A stretch of DNA of 63,474 bases, the filler included, from Octopus bimaculoides (taxonomy: Eukaryota), in assembly GCF_001194135.2 (NCBI RefSeq). It is 6 parts of 6 records of this genome, joined end to end, with 100 filler letters (N's around TTAATTAATTAA, not from the genome) between each part and the next. Parts side by side here need not be neighbours in the genome. Positions count along the whole stretch, not along the records: positions 14,697 to 43,759 come from NC_068999.1; 5 more parts are not named here. One strand, given 5' to 3'. Positions 25,022-37,531 of this stretch are shown piece by piece. The notes beneath the pieces are model-generated. The model searched no databases and was not told where the DNA came from. It saw only the letters and a list, made by a program, of their open reading frames with translations. How positions within the stretch are numbered: the first letter of the stretch is position 1; the number at the start of each line of letters is the position of its first letter. The translations under genes were made by a program, and so were the position numbers.

Positions 25022-27403
25022 AAGCAGTGAACAATAATAATAACATCGAAATAAATCTTAGGAATGAGAACCCACGTTCGAAATTTCCCCAACGTTGTGT
25101 TAGCAACAACCAAGATAAGGACAATATCATACCTTCAACATTTTCTTTTGTTTTCAAGATGTTATATTTTTTTCGGCAGCGCTCTATACCTTAGTAATGC
25201 TTGACATTTACCCCATGCAGAGATAATCTTGCAACATGACCTTTTTTAACTTATTACGCCCGTTGTCACTAATTCTGTTAGCACTCTGTTGAAGATGAAT
25301 ATTGCTAACGAGATAGAATACTCTAATCTCTTAAAAATAATATCAAATTTAATTATATAGTTAGGCAGAGGTATTGAGCATAAACAAAGGATATTGCAGC
25401 AGTTTACAAGCATCAGATTGAACAATGTGAACGATACTGATTGGAATAACACCAGCATCAACACACCAACGGTACATATTTTACTATAGATATACAAAGA
25501 ATGGATTTTAATGATAAATTTTACTTTAGTCCTCAGGAATGTGATTCTTTGCAATCACTGCAACAATATTGTACATATTGAAGTCGGGGAACATCGTTGA
25601 AAGAGAGGTGAAAGAATAGATGTTCCGCGCAGTTATATTTGACCTAGGAAATTGCCTCCCGCCCTGAGATATTTTCTTATGTTTATGCAAGAAAGAAGTT
25701 TACATATATCATTTTCTCTAAATCATTGAGAATTTCCTTACGCTGCCAATGCAACAAATCTCATTAAAATTAACCGATGTGTAGCGATGAACCTTCTTTT
25801 GATGGAAGTAGTACTTATAACAGAATATGGCTTGTTCTCAAGATTACAAAGTGTTCGGGAAGAGAAGAAGGTGACAGCAGAGCAGTATAGGCCTGCCTTT
25901 TTTCATTGCCTGTATACATCATAAGTCAATACAAACGGCAGATGCAGCACACAAGGAAAACAATTTTAAATGTTATACCGTTTACACGGTCGTAGTAGAA
26001 AGTGAAAGTAAAAGTGATAAGCTAATAATGAGCGAAATAGTTTAGGGATTCTGTAGCTTAGAATCGCATTACTAAAGGCGACTAGAGAAGGATACACGTT
26101 TACTTAATGAGAAATAACTCTGTCAACTTCATCAACAAACCAATGAATGTTTTATGATAACTCTAGGGTGCGTGCATGACTAACACAATTATATTGTCCA
26201 GGATCGCTCTGACATGAGTTTGTAAGGGATACATAATTCTAGAGAGTTAAATGTAGATTTACATCGGCACTTCACTCAGATGCTTGCGGAAGCGATAATG
26301 CTAATATTATATTACATGCAACTCCAGTCGAAGTACACCAAGTGTTGTGAATAGCTGGTAAATGCAACTATACACGCCTTTTGTAAGTCTCCGCTACGAC
26401 GAGGAAATACGGTATCTGTGGCTCTGCGGATTACTGCTCGGACTCATTCGTTTCATCTCGCTCGTAAAATGGATTTATCTCCGACGAAAAATTTGCAACG
26501 TCTGCTTTTTAACAACACACATTCCTTTATATGTGCCATTGATAAATCTTCTCATAGAGTTGTTTTTGCTGTGTATTTCGAATTTATACATAAAACTGTA
26601 TTCAGCTGCCAAACTATTTTATCACCAGTAATGTAAATAACACATGAGCAGACGTTTATCAGTTATGAGTCTTTTGTAAACGCCATTTACACACACTCGT
26701 CGAATTCTGTGTGGTAGCTTCTTTTGATTTAGTGATTCAGCAATTGGCTGTAGAAGACTATTGTTGCCAAGTGTTAGTTCACTCCATATTACATCCAATT
26801 AGACAAAGTATATTTTCCGTTTTAAAAACCATCTAATGAAATGTTATGTCCTATCAATTTGAACTGAGTTGCACTTTCTTTAAAAGGAAATCTATCATGA
26901 CAAGTGTGCTAGCGGTCATCATTATGCACGCATGATGACCATTATTTTATTATTCTGCAAGAAAACTTGAGCTGTTGCATGAAGTATGCCATGAAAGTCA
27001 TCATATATAATGCTAAAAACATAATGGAACATAAATTTCTGTGGTAATCCAAACACAGTACCACAAAGAACAAATAATCCACTGTCGATACTTATTTAGG
27101 ATAATCTAGCAATCTGTACAATCTAATATATAGATATATTAACAATGAGTGAATCACAAATTCAATATTATATCGTTTCACTAGACGTCCTTTTAATACA
27201 ACGATAAAAATAACACACTGAAGTTCACCGGAAATGCATACGATTATTTTGCTAACATATGTCTAGCATTAATAAGTGCAATATCGCATTAAAAGTGAAA
27301 ATTCGGTACATATAAAAATATATGACCAATTGTCAAAGTTTTATGATTTATGTACAGTTTAAAAGTTAAAACTATTGTTCTGCACTTTATCTGACGTTCT
27401 AAG

Positions 27404-27469
27404 AAGACATGACAGATTACATCATTAGTTGGAAGAGACCTGAAGATGTGCAAGCCTATTTCAATAAGG
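27404..27469 (+). CDS. Candidate 66-nt exon (phase 1-1), unknown product
   Basis: Donor AAGG|gtaagt; the only open frame gives DMTDYIISWKRPEDVQAYFNK; a strong acceptor follows 106 nt later at 27575. Confidence 0.35.
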
Positions 27470-27699
27470 GTAAGTGATGTAATGGCTGCCCGATTCAAGA
27501 CAGAATTATACTAAACAACTCATGTTACCCTGGCACCTACTTAACCGTAAAACAGATATTTTCTTTTCCACTCAGCATGGAAATTGATATGTGGTTAAAA
27601 TTGGTGGACAGCGCTATAACTATAAATGATAGACTTTCCATCAATTGAGTGAAATGTTTGCTACACCCATCATCTTACAAGCATACACATGCATAAGTC

Positions 27700-27950
27700 C
27701 ACAGAGGATTTTCAGATCGGATACTTACCCGTCACATTTCCCGCCCCCTCTACAGTTCTCACATAACCAAAGTTTCAATCACAGTTTTTAAGCGTTTAAC
27801 AAGTATACCGTGAAGATCTCTCACTAGATGAATTCTCATTTAAACTTCTCCCACGAAGATGTTACATTACCTTTTCTTACAAAATCCACTACCGCCATTT
27901 AAAGGTTCCTGGCACACAAGAGCGGAGAGTCATCTCGAGACTTTTCGTAC
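27700..27950 (-). promoter_or_regulatory. CpG/GC-richer patch with promoter-like motifs and a possible first coding exon (27898-27871)
   Basis: YY1-like aaATGGCGG, a GC box, ATG GCG GTA GTG GAT TTT GTA AGA AAA G|gtaatg, and a second donor gtaagt near 27729. Confidence 0.2.
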
Positions 27951-28809
27951 TAGCCTTCTTTATGATCGCCATGATGTGTTTCCTCAAACTTGTGTGTGAA
28001 GTCTGTTGTTAAGATCAGCAAAATATTGTATATATTCAATATTAAAACATATACATTCGTACACACATACACACGTGTGTGTGTATATGTATGTGAGTGT
28101 GTGTATTTGTATATGTCTGAATTCATATGCATAAATATACAAGGCACTATGAATAAGTGTGCGTGTGTGTGAGTTGTATTTATGTGTATTCATATGAGTC
28201 TGTAGGAAACTGGAGTTGCATAGACACAATAACAGCTGTCAGTAGATATCGTGTTGAATAATATATTTTTGCTGCATATTGAAGCATACAAGTGACGGAA
28301 TAAAAATACAGCAACATTCTAGCTACAGAAATGGTATTAATGACTATCCTGTGTCCGACATTGTTGACATCATCGCCTGTTTGAGAGGAATGTAGGAATG
28401 TTAATGCGTTTAGAAAATGAAAGTAAATAATGATTACCAGACAGTTGTTTAGAAGATAATAACATAGAAAAGAGACTTGTTAATGAGATTTTCAAAGCCA
28501 AACATTCTAGTGATATGGCGGTGAAAGGAAATATTGAAATACACATAGATTACGTCTACATTCAGAAATAAAGTGGTTGTTAAAAACGGTATTTCTAACT
28601 GTATACAAATAAGTATTCTGAATGCTTTATAATAGATAGAAATGTAGATTTTAAATTACAGTTTGAGAACCGCATGGTGGCCTTTCTACTTCGTACACTA
28701 AAACTTATATGCAGGAATCATTATGCACAAGAACAAACAAATTCACAAATTCAACCATAAGCATATATTCGGGCACGCACAGATTCACTCACTCACGCAC
28801 ACATACGCG

Positions 28810-28993
<184 letters not shown>

Positions 28994-29702
28994 CATATTG
29001 AAGTGTATAATACAAGGACAATATATAATGCAATCAATACTTAAATTAGTTTAGCGCTGAGTTGATGAAAAGGAGATTTATTTGACTCATCAGATTTTAC
29101 AGACTTTGACCAGTGAAAAGACAAGAGGAAATGAAAAGAATGAAACACAGTAAAGCCGATTTGATTTACCGGTACTAACAGAAAAAATGCGTTCGTGTGT
29201 AAGGTGAAAGTGGGTAGAAGAAAAAAGTATTTTACACACTAGAAGAGCTTTTCAACATGCGGTATCTCTTGATTGTTTATGAGTTAGCTATGCTACTATT
29301 TCTGCGCCTGTGTGTGTGTATATCTCTCAATATATATTGTTTGTGTGTGTGTGTGTGTGTGTGTGATTTTGTGATTAGGCATTTGTGTGTAAATATTTGG
29401 TGAATAGTGACTATATGGTGGCGGTCACAGAATATATCAGACTTGTGTGTATGTGTGATTGTTTATATATTGATAGATATGTGAGTCCATGCACCGTTGT
29501 AAGATTGTGATGATTTAGTGCAGTTATGGGGGAAATTGCTGTTAGAAGAAAAGAAAATGGCATATAGAAATAGGAACTGCTCTCTATTCATGCTGGATCT
29601 TGGGAATGTTTAGCATATACCAAAACTAAAAATGCTGAGGTACCCGTTGGTATTGTCCGCCAAATACAAATGACATATACTGGACTATCAATTTTCTTTC
29701 AG

Positions 29703-29804
29703 CACAGCCCCACAATTTATGCACATCACTGACCATTGTGATCAATATATTTAAGATACGCAATACTACACATTTTGACTCTACTTGCAAATACCCTACA
29801 GAAA
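29703..29804 (+). CDS. Candidate 102-nt exon (phase 1-1), unknown product
   Basis: Acceptor caattttctttcag, donor gtaacc; frame QPHNLCTSLTIVINIFKIRNTTHFDSTCKYPTE. Confidence 0.25.
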
Positions 29805-31140
29805 GTAACCCACGTGCATTTTTCCTACTATTTTTACCTTTCCTCCTCTCTTCTTTAATAGTTTCGTCTTTCACTCTGCTTCTTCTTTATTCCTGTTTAC
29901 TACGGACAAACAATTTCTGTATGACTTCAACCCAAGCACTGACACTCCCTTCACTTTTAATCAGATTCTTGACTGCAGTACCATTATCTTCTCACCAAAA
30001 ATCTAGTTTGCTAGTCAGCTGCTAGTCATTTTCCATGAACATCTAAATGGAAACTCTTGTGCCGAGCATACATAAGGTATCGCACAGCTACCACTGCTTA
30101 TACATTCGGATGTCGTGACGGATTTGTCGTAATTTACTTTCATACGAAAGGTAGAGGAGCAAGTTTATAGAAGATATTTATCATACACTTAACAACACTT
30201 TCATTTCCTATATGAAACTTTTAATCAACACGTTTCTGAACTTACAGAGCTATATCTCAGAACTTTCCTGTCGATGTGTTTATGATACTTATTTCCATCC
30301 ATCACACTAGCAACATCGCTTCTAATTACTCGACTTATATGACGAACAAGACTATCGGTGAACTCCTACTTTGACTTTACTTAAAAACGTACCCGCTCAT
30401 ACTGATGTTACTTTTGCGTCGTTGCCTTTATAGCCAAAGCTATTTCTTTGAAATCAGTCATCGAAGCAGTTTGCGTTTCCTTTCGCAAGGAGGATTTCCT
30501 CCAAATATGCAAAATTCCTCCTGATCACACACGACGTGAACCAAACCACCGTCCTCTTACATCTCAAATCTGAATACCCAACAACACCAATCACGTTTCC
30601 TCCTCTCTCTGTCCTTTTCTCTCTCTTTCTCTCTAACTATCTCTCCACTCCAAAGACCTATACACATACGCGGGTGCATACATTACATATGTGTGCGCAT
30701 GTTATATATATTGATAAACATTAGCTATTACTGAAAATAGTCAATCTAAAATTCTTAACCCACCGTTTATTGTATCACTAATAGATGTCAAATAGATTAC
30801 AAAAAATAGCCACTTAAGCAAAAATTTCAAAGATCCATGTATCAATGTTTCTGTTTCTAAATGATCATTAGCGTGTCTATTCATGTGGTTAAATAAAGAA
30901 TAATTAACCACTTGAATTCACCGGATGCCCTACGTGATTCAAAGGGCATATTTCACTGGTTCCCATGCATCATGTACTTTACACATTCCCAATATTCTTC
31001 CAAATTCTAAAGTGACGTAGGATTTCTGAAGGAAATCCTACGAAACGACGGCTAAATAAAAGTCTGAAGCGAATTGTGAAAATGTAATGGATTTAGATAA
31101 CCAAATATCTGAACATATTCATTTATATTTGATTGAAGTA

Positions 31141-31248
31141 GCAGTTTTGCTGCATATTGTACACAATAACTTCATAGATAAACTGCGAAACGAGAGGTGG
31201 AGTGAACCACATGAAATAACAGCCACAGTACAGAGACATTACCAGATT
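31141..31248 (+). repeat. Dispersed direct repeat, second copy at 34476-34566
   Basis: gctgcatattgtacacaataa...catagataaactgcgaaa...gaaccacatgaaataacagccacagta...gacattaccaga is present in both. Confidence 0.85.
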
Positions 31249-31369
31249 GCTTTATAGAAGTAAATTTTCCTGGATTTTTTTCATTTGTAGTGGAAGACTA
31301 CTCGGCAACATCGGGGGGCTGGAGGTTGATGTATACCGGGTAACTTCTCTACAAGGAAAAATGTGTTGC

Positions 31370-31720
31370 TTGGCATTGGTACCTTGGGCAAGTGTCTTGT
31401 ACTATAGCGTCAGCCGGATGAAGCATTTTGAGTGCAATTAGTAGACAGAAACTGAAAGCTCATTGTATATGTATATATCCATACATTTTTGTGGGTGCAT
31501 GTGTGTGTGCGCGCGTCTGAGTGTGTGTGTGTGTGTCTTTGTGTTAACAGCCGGTGTTGGGATGTTTACGTCATTCTACTTAGCAGTTCGGCAAAGAAGA
31601 ACGATAGAATAAGTATCAGGCTTTAAAACGTAGTGGGGCCGAGTTGTTCAATTAAAAATATTCAAGGCGATGCCGCGGAATGACAGTAGTAAAATGACTG
31701 AAAGAAGAAAAAGACACAAA
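31370..31720 (+). mobile_element. SINE family A, 5'-truncated
   Basis: accttgggcaagtgtctt through the tail aaatgactgaaag. Confidence 0.7.
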
Positions 31721-31924
31721 ATAAAAGATATTCAGAAATTCTGTTACATTTTGCCGATCCCGATCTCTCTCTCGCCCTCTCTCTCTCTTTCTCTGACACA
31801 CACATACACACAGGCACGCAACACGTATGCATACATACACACACACAAACAGACACACACACCACGCAAACAATCTCACAGACATATACACACGTGTATG
31901 TATGAAACAATCATCATTGACGCC

Positions 31925-32275
31925 ATAAGGACGAAAGGCAAAACCGACCCCGGTGAAATATGAACACAGAAAGTAAAGAAGGGGAACATACCGCTTAGCA
32001 TTCTACCCGGCGTGCTAATCATCCTGCCAGCCCGCCGCAATAATGTATAAGAAGATATTCGTTACAAAATGTGTCACTAGGGCAGCAGTTTCAGAGACGG
32101 AGGCAGATCGATTAAATAGACCCAAGCGCTCAAATGGCACTTATTTTATCGACCTCGTGTGGTTGAAAAGCAAGGTCGATCCCGGCGGAATTTGAACACA
32201 GAATGCAAAGACAGACGAGATAGCGATAAACATTTTAATCAGGGTGCTAATTATTCTGCTAGCTAGCCAACTTAA
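31925..32275 (-). mobile_element. Two family B SINE fragments
   Basis: gaaaggcaaaaccgacccc and aaggtcgatcccggcggaatttgaac motifs. Confidence 0.7.
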
Positions 32276-35200
32276 AGTATAAGAAAATATAGTAAAGAAT
32301 TAAGCAGTTCTCGCTAATTTTATAATTACTTTCCGAATAACATAAATGCTAGTGTGTAACGAAATAATTCCATATCAAGTTTTAAAATATTCCCTGCATT
32401 GGTGTCTGCTGCATCGGCATTTGTTGGTTATGGATTTACATGCCTGAACCATTACTATATAGCGAAAATAACTGCAAACACGTCTGCATAGGAATATAAT
32501 TGTTCATAACAACACAAGTCTCTATAGCACGAATTGTACGCTGAGAATATAGTGGAAACTGGGGTGCATTGTTATTGCAACCAAGATATATGGCATTATT
32601 AATAATTAAAGTGGCAGGCCAACATTTATTCCTCTAGAATATCACACCTCAATGCGCAATAATCCTTATGATCAATTTAATAAAATTTATGGCTAATATT
32701 CTTACTAACATAGAATCATATGACATTTACAATTCATCTTTATGAATTGATTTCAAGAAATTTTTAAGTATTTTATTAGATCTAAAAAAAAACATTCAAT
32801 GATGGAAATTTCAACTATTTTCGTCATTTAAGCAGCTTGAAAGTGTTCGTACAATATTTACATATATTATCTCTTGCGTACTCTTTTGTTTTGTTTAGTT
32901 ATAAAATTTGTATATAAGATAAATCCCATAAGATGTTAGAAGGAAAATTATCCTTTTAATGTGCATCAATAATGCGACTTCAGAAAACCAATAAAAACAT
33001 TATCTCAGATATTTAATTTAAAATAGGTGTTATTAACAAAACAAACCACAAACATTTTTCTTCTCTTTATCTTGATAAAGGCCATTGTGGTATTATTCAA
33101 CCTTTGATAAGGTGTTTTCAATTGTATTTTAAGAATTCATAAGATGCTGATAAATTTAATCAGGAAAAAATGCATTCGAATATTTGAAGTTAGACATAAA
33201 TGCAACATTTTATTTCATTTCAATAAGAATCATTGATATATTTGTTTTGGTGCGACGGTACTTGGTTTCTCAAAAGTATTGGTATTAATATTATGCACAT
33301 ATTTGATTATAGCAATGGTCCTTCTCGTAAACTATTCAGATTTATTAGATATTTTTAATATATCAATTTCGTAAATTAGGAAATATATCTGTGACAGGAG
33401 GTACAATGAGATTTATAATTTCGTGTAATTTCAATTTTCGCTCAGTGAAATGTGAATGAATACAACTCTTTTATGTACAATATAAAGAGACAATTTCTCA
33501 GATCATTTTTGTTAAGTAAACATAGACAATTAATCGAATCGATTGAACAATGGAAAATGATGTGGGTACAAGCATATAAAGATAATTAAGTAATACATAT
33601 GTAAATTTAATAACGAACTCTACAATCAGAACAATGCAGCCGTAGCAAACAGCTTTCTGAAAACGTAGAGAAACCGTTCGTGGTATGCTAAAGCATGTTA
33701 TTTTATCATATATACATTGGAGATATCTATATCCTCTGTAATGTAATAACTTGGTGGTGATGACGAATATATTTCGATAAATAAAGAACACAATATACTT
33801 AGTGAGGTGGATTTTTGAAAGACAAGTTACCCGGCATATAGCAACCTAACCGAGTAGTCTTGAAATACAAAAAAAAAAGCCATGGAAATTTACTTCTATA
33901 AAACACTGTAAAGGGCTGAACGACACACGCAAGATATGAAACGTATAACCAACAACCAGAGAATATCCACAGATACTAACTTTTTCATTACATTAACATT
34001 TTCATGGCGCATCTCGTCAGGTTATAAGGAATGTAACTCATGTCGAACTTGTGAAACTTGTTAATAAAACATGTCTAACTTGTTAATGTCTAACTTGTGA
34101 AATGAGAAATCATGTAGATGAGTGTGTTCACCATATGCAAACTCCGGGATATAAGCAACAAGATGGAATCATAATGTATTAAAGCCAGGAATGAGTAAAA
34201 AAAAAAAAAACAATCATCGATTTACGTAATTTCGCGGAAATTTTCTGGAACACGCAGAAGAAAACATGATTCATAGAGAAAGCCCTTGGTGTGTTTCACA
34301 AACTATTTTGAAATAATATTCGTGGATGCTACACTGAAATATGAGGTAGAGCTTTGATTGAGGAAACATTATATGAAACGAAACTCAAAATAAAGTTATT
34401 AGGAAATTTAGGCAAATCTTTCAAGTCACCATTATGCAAGCGATAACCATTTAAGCAGGGAAATAATGCTGATAACAGCTGCATATTGTACACAATAAAT
34501 TCATAGATAAACTGCGAAAGGGGAACCACATGAAATAACAGCCACAGTATAGGGACATTACCAGAATCTAAATGGAAGACAATACGCAGAGTATAGTTGA
34601 AAATATAGGGTAATGATGGCGTGTATATAATGGAATTAAAGATACCCATACACCGCGCCGTACGTAACGAGAATGGTTCAATAAATAATGATGTGTTACA
34701 AGGTATTACCATGTAATCTATAAGAAATCAACATTAAGACAGTTAATACATATTGTAGGAATACATCTTCAAGAGAAATAATGAATTAAGTAGTAACAGC
34801 CACACATCTAACACGCTATTAATAGGAAGAGTGAAGGATAAATTATATAATAAATATATTAAAACAATATGAAATATACTCAGCTACATGACACGTGTGT
34901 TCTTATGCTAGAAAATATTAGCTATTATGATAAACTCAAATATGCATAGAAATAACAAATAAAATAAATAAGGAAAATAATAGTTAGACAGTATCATAAC
35001 AGTGCACTCAACTGCTCAACAGGAAGATGATATTCTGGAAGACATAAAATAAAATTAGCTGGTGAATTAAAAGTCATTGATAAAACCACTTTCATGACAC
35101 ACCCAAATATACACATGAACGTCCACACGAAAAGGCAGTCATGTGCACACACGCAAAGCACACAAACCCTGAGAAACGCATTACTTTACATTTCATTAGC

Positions 35201-36224
35201 ATCTTAATGGAATCTCGTGAGCTGCTTATTGAAAAAAAAAAAAGGAAAAACCGATCGACGTTTTGAAGTCGTCGGTCATTATTATTTTCTACTCTAGGCA
35301 CAAGGACCGACATTTTGCAGGNNNNNNNNNNNNNNNNNNNNNNNNNNNNNNNNNNNNNNNNNNNNNNNNNNNNNNNNNNNNNNNNNNNNNNNNNNNNNNN
35401 NNNNNNNNNNNNNNNNNNNNNNNNNNNNNNNNNNNNNNNNNNNNNNNNNNNNNNNNNNNNNNNNNNNNNNNNNNNNNNNNNNNNNNNNNNNNNNNNNNNN
35501 NNNNNNNNNNNNNNNNNNNNNNNNNNNNNNNNNNNNNNNNNNNNNNNNNNNNNNNNNNNNNNNNNNNNNNNNNNNNNNNNNNNNNNNNNNNNNNNNNNNN
35601 NNNNNNNNNNNNNNNNNNNNNNNNNNNNNNNNNNNNNNNNNNNNNNNNNNNNNNNNNNNNNNNNNNNNNNNNNNNNNNNNNNNNNNNNNNNNNNNNNNNN
35701 NNNNNNNNNNNNNNNNNNNNNNNNNNNNNNNNNNNNNNNNNNNNNNNNNNNNNNNNNNNNNNNNNNNNNNNNNNNNNNNNNNNNNNNNNNNNNNNNNNNN
35801 NNNNNNNNNNNNNNNNNNNNNNNNNNNNNNNNNNNNNNNNNNNNNNNNNNNNNNNNNNNNNNNNNNNNNNNNNNNNNNNNNNNNNNNNNNNNNNNNNNNN
35901 NNNNNNNNNNNNNNNNNNNNNNNNNNNNNNNNNNNNNNNNNNNNNNNNNNNNNNNTTGTTCGATGAAAACCATTCAAGGCGGTGCCTCAGCATTGCTGTA
36001 GTCAAGTGACTGAAACAAGAAAAAGACAAAAAATAAAAGATATTCAGATATTCCGTTACATTTTTCCGATTTCTCTCTCAAACACACACATCGACACGCA
36101 ACACGCACACACACACAAACACACACACACCACACCACACAAACAATCGCACAGTCATATGCACACGTATGTATTCTTGATAAATTCGAATACCAAATGA
36201 ATAATCGAGGGCTGTAATCTGGAA

Positions 36225-36410
36225 AAAATATTAAGCACGGCGGGAAAATTACTTAATGGCATTCTGAGTTCAAATTCCACATGGGTCAATTTTGCCTTTC
36301 ACCGTTTCGTGGTCGATAAAATCAGTACCAGTAGATCACTGGGGTTGATGCAATCGATTGAGCCTCTTTCCCCGAACTTGACTGGCCTTGTGCCAACATT
36401 TGAAACCAAT
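36225..36410 (+). mobile_element. SINE family B copy
   Basis: ttctgagttcaaattcc...gcctttcaccgtttcgtggtcgataaaatcagtaccag...ggccttgtgcc. Confidence 0.75.
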
Positions 36411-37498
36411 ATTTCTACCTACTCTATCTAAGAATGCCAAAACATTTACATAACTTTAACCACATTTAATAAAATATAGGATCCAACAATAACATATTTA
36501 TTTTATCAAGTATTTTGTTTCATCCATATTACTAGAGGAGTCAATCCTGATTACTACACTAACATTTTAAACACAGTTAAACTAATATAGCTTATTCCAA
36601 TTCGTAGATATTTTAGATATATCTAGTTTCCATGTCATCATATTATAAGCGATTGCTTGTATCAGCCCCCAATATTCGATGGGTTTCTACGCATGAATTT
36701 CTGAGTGTATAATACACAGGTTTCTTCATCTCTAACGATTAATGCAAAAATTCCGATGCCAAATATTGGTTTGCTGGTTCATTCATTGAAGTTCTTCCTA
36801 AATATTCTTTGGTGTCCGCTTTCGATTTTCTCTTTCACTGTTACATCACCAACTTGTCAGATATGTCAAAATTTTAGCAAAGAAACGTCCAGAAATTGGC
36901 TCCTAGATAATATGAATCTCTATACACATGCTGCATATCTCAATATTATACTCCGAAATATTCTCCTTCCTTTGAATGCTATCAATTGAGAAATAACGTG
37001 TGTGTGTGTGTGTGTGCGTATATATATATACACACAAACATTCATCTACTTATTGTAGATCTATCGACATTTATATGCAGAGACATGTAGATATGCACCT
37101 TTCAAAATATTAAGCAAATATTAACATGCAGATACGTCTAAGCAAAACTGCTAAGTACATGAATATGTGTACACATATATTTATTATACAGGTACGGATT
37201 CATATAAAGATGTATAAATAAAAAACGTACATGCATGAGCCATATGTTCTTGCGACTATTCATATGTTGAGTGGGAAAATAGAATGAGATGAATAAGAAA
37301 ATGAATTTAATAAAAAGAAGATAGAAATTTCATGAAAAAAATGAATATAATTATAAAAAAATTATTAGTAATGTAGAAAGTGCAATGTTAATTTATGAAA
37401 AGAAAAACATTAATCTGGAAATGAGAAAATAATATCAAGAGGATAGAAAAAAAACTATAACAAAATAAATGTCTCTTAAATGTGACATATATATACAT

Positions 37499-37531
<33 letters not shown>

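Larger units (their letters stand above)
24375..25130 (+). mobile_element. 5'-truncated Penelope-like element with inverted terminal (pLTR-like) repeat
   Basis: 24385-24758 is the reverse complement of 24880-25125 (ORF end, UTR, tRNA-like head, TAA tract, ribozyme region); the unique centre encodes PLE C-terminal residues. Confidence 0.7.

Noticed and set aside
25246-25554. Hydrophobic 102-aa ORF as a membrane protein
   Set aside because: T-rich strands give long hydrophobic frames by chance; there is no ATG start or recognisable motif.
32556-32577. Cadherin-like NNNAPQF
   Set aside because: It lacks the acidic calcium-binding residues (DxNDN) and has no surrounding cadherin repeat.
33989-34020. 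Hammerhead-like CUGACGA...GAAA on the minus strand
   Set aside because: Stem II is only 3 bp and no stem I can be formed.
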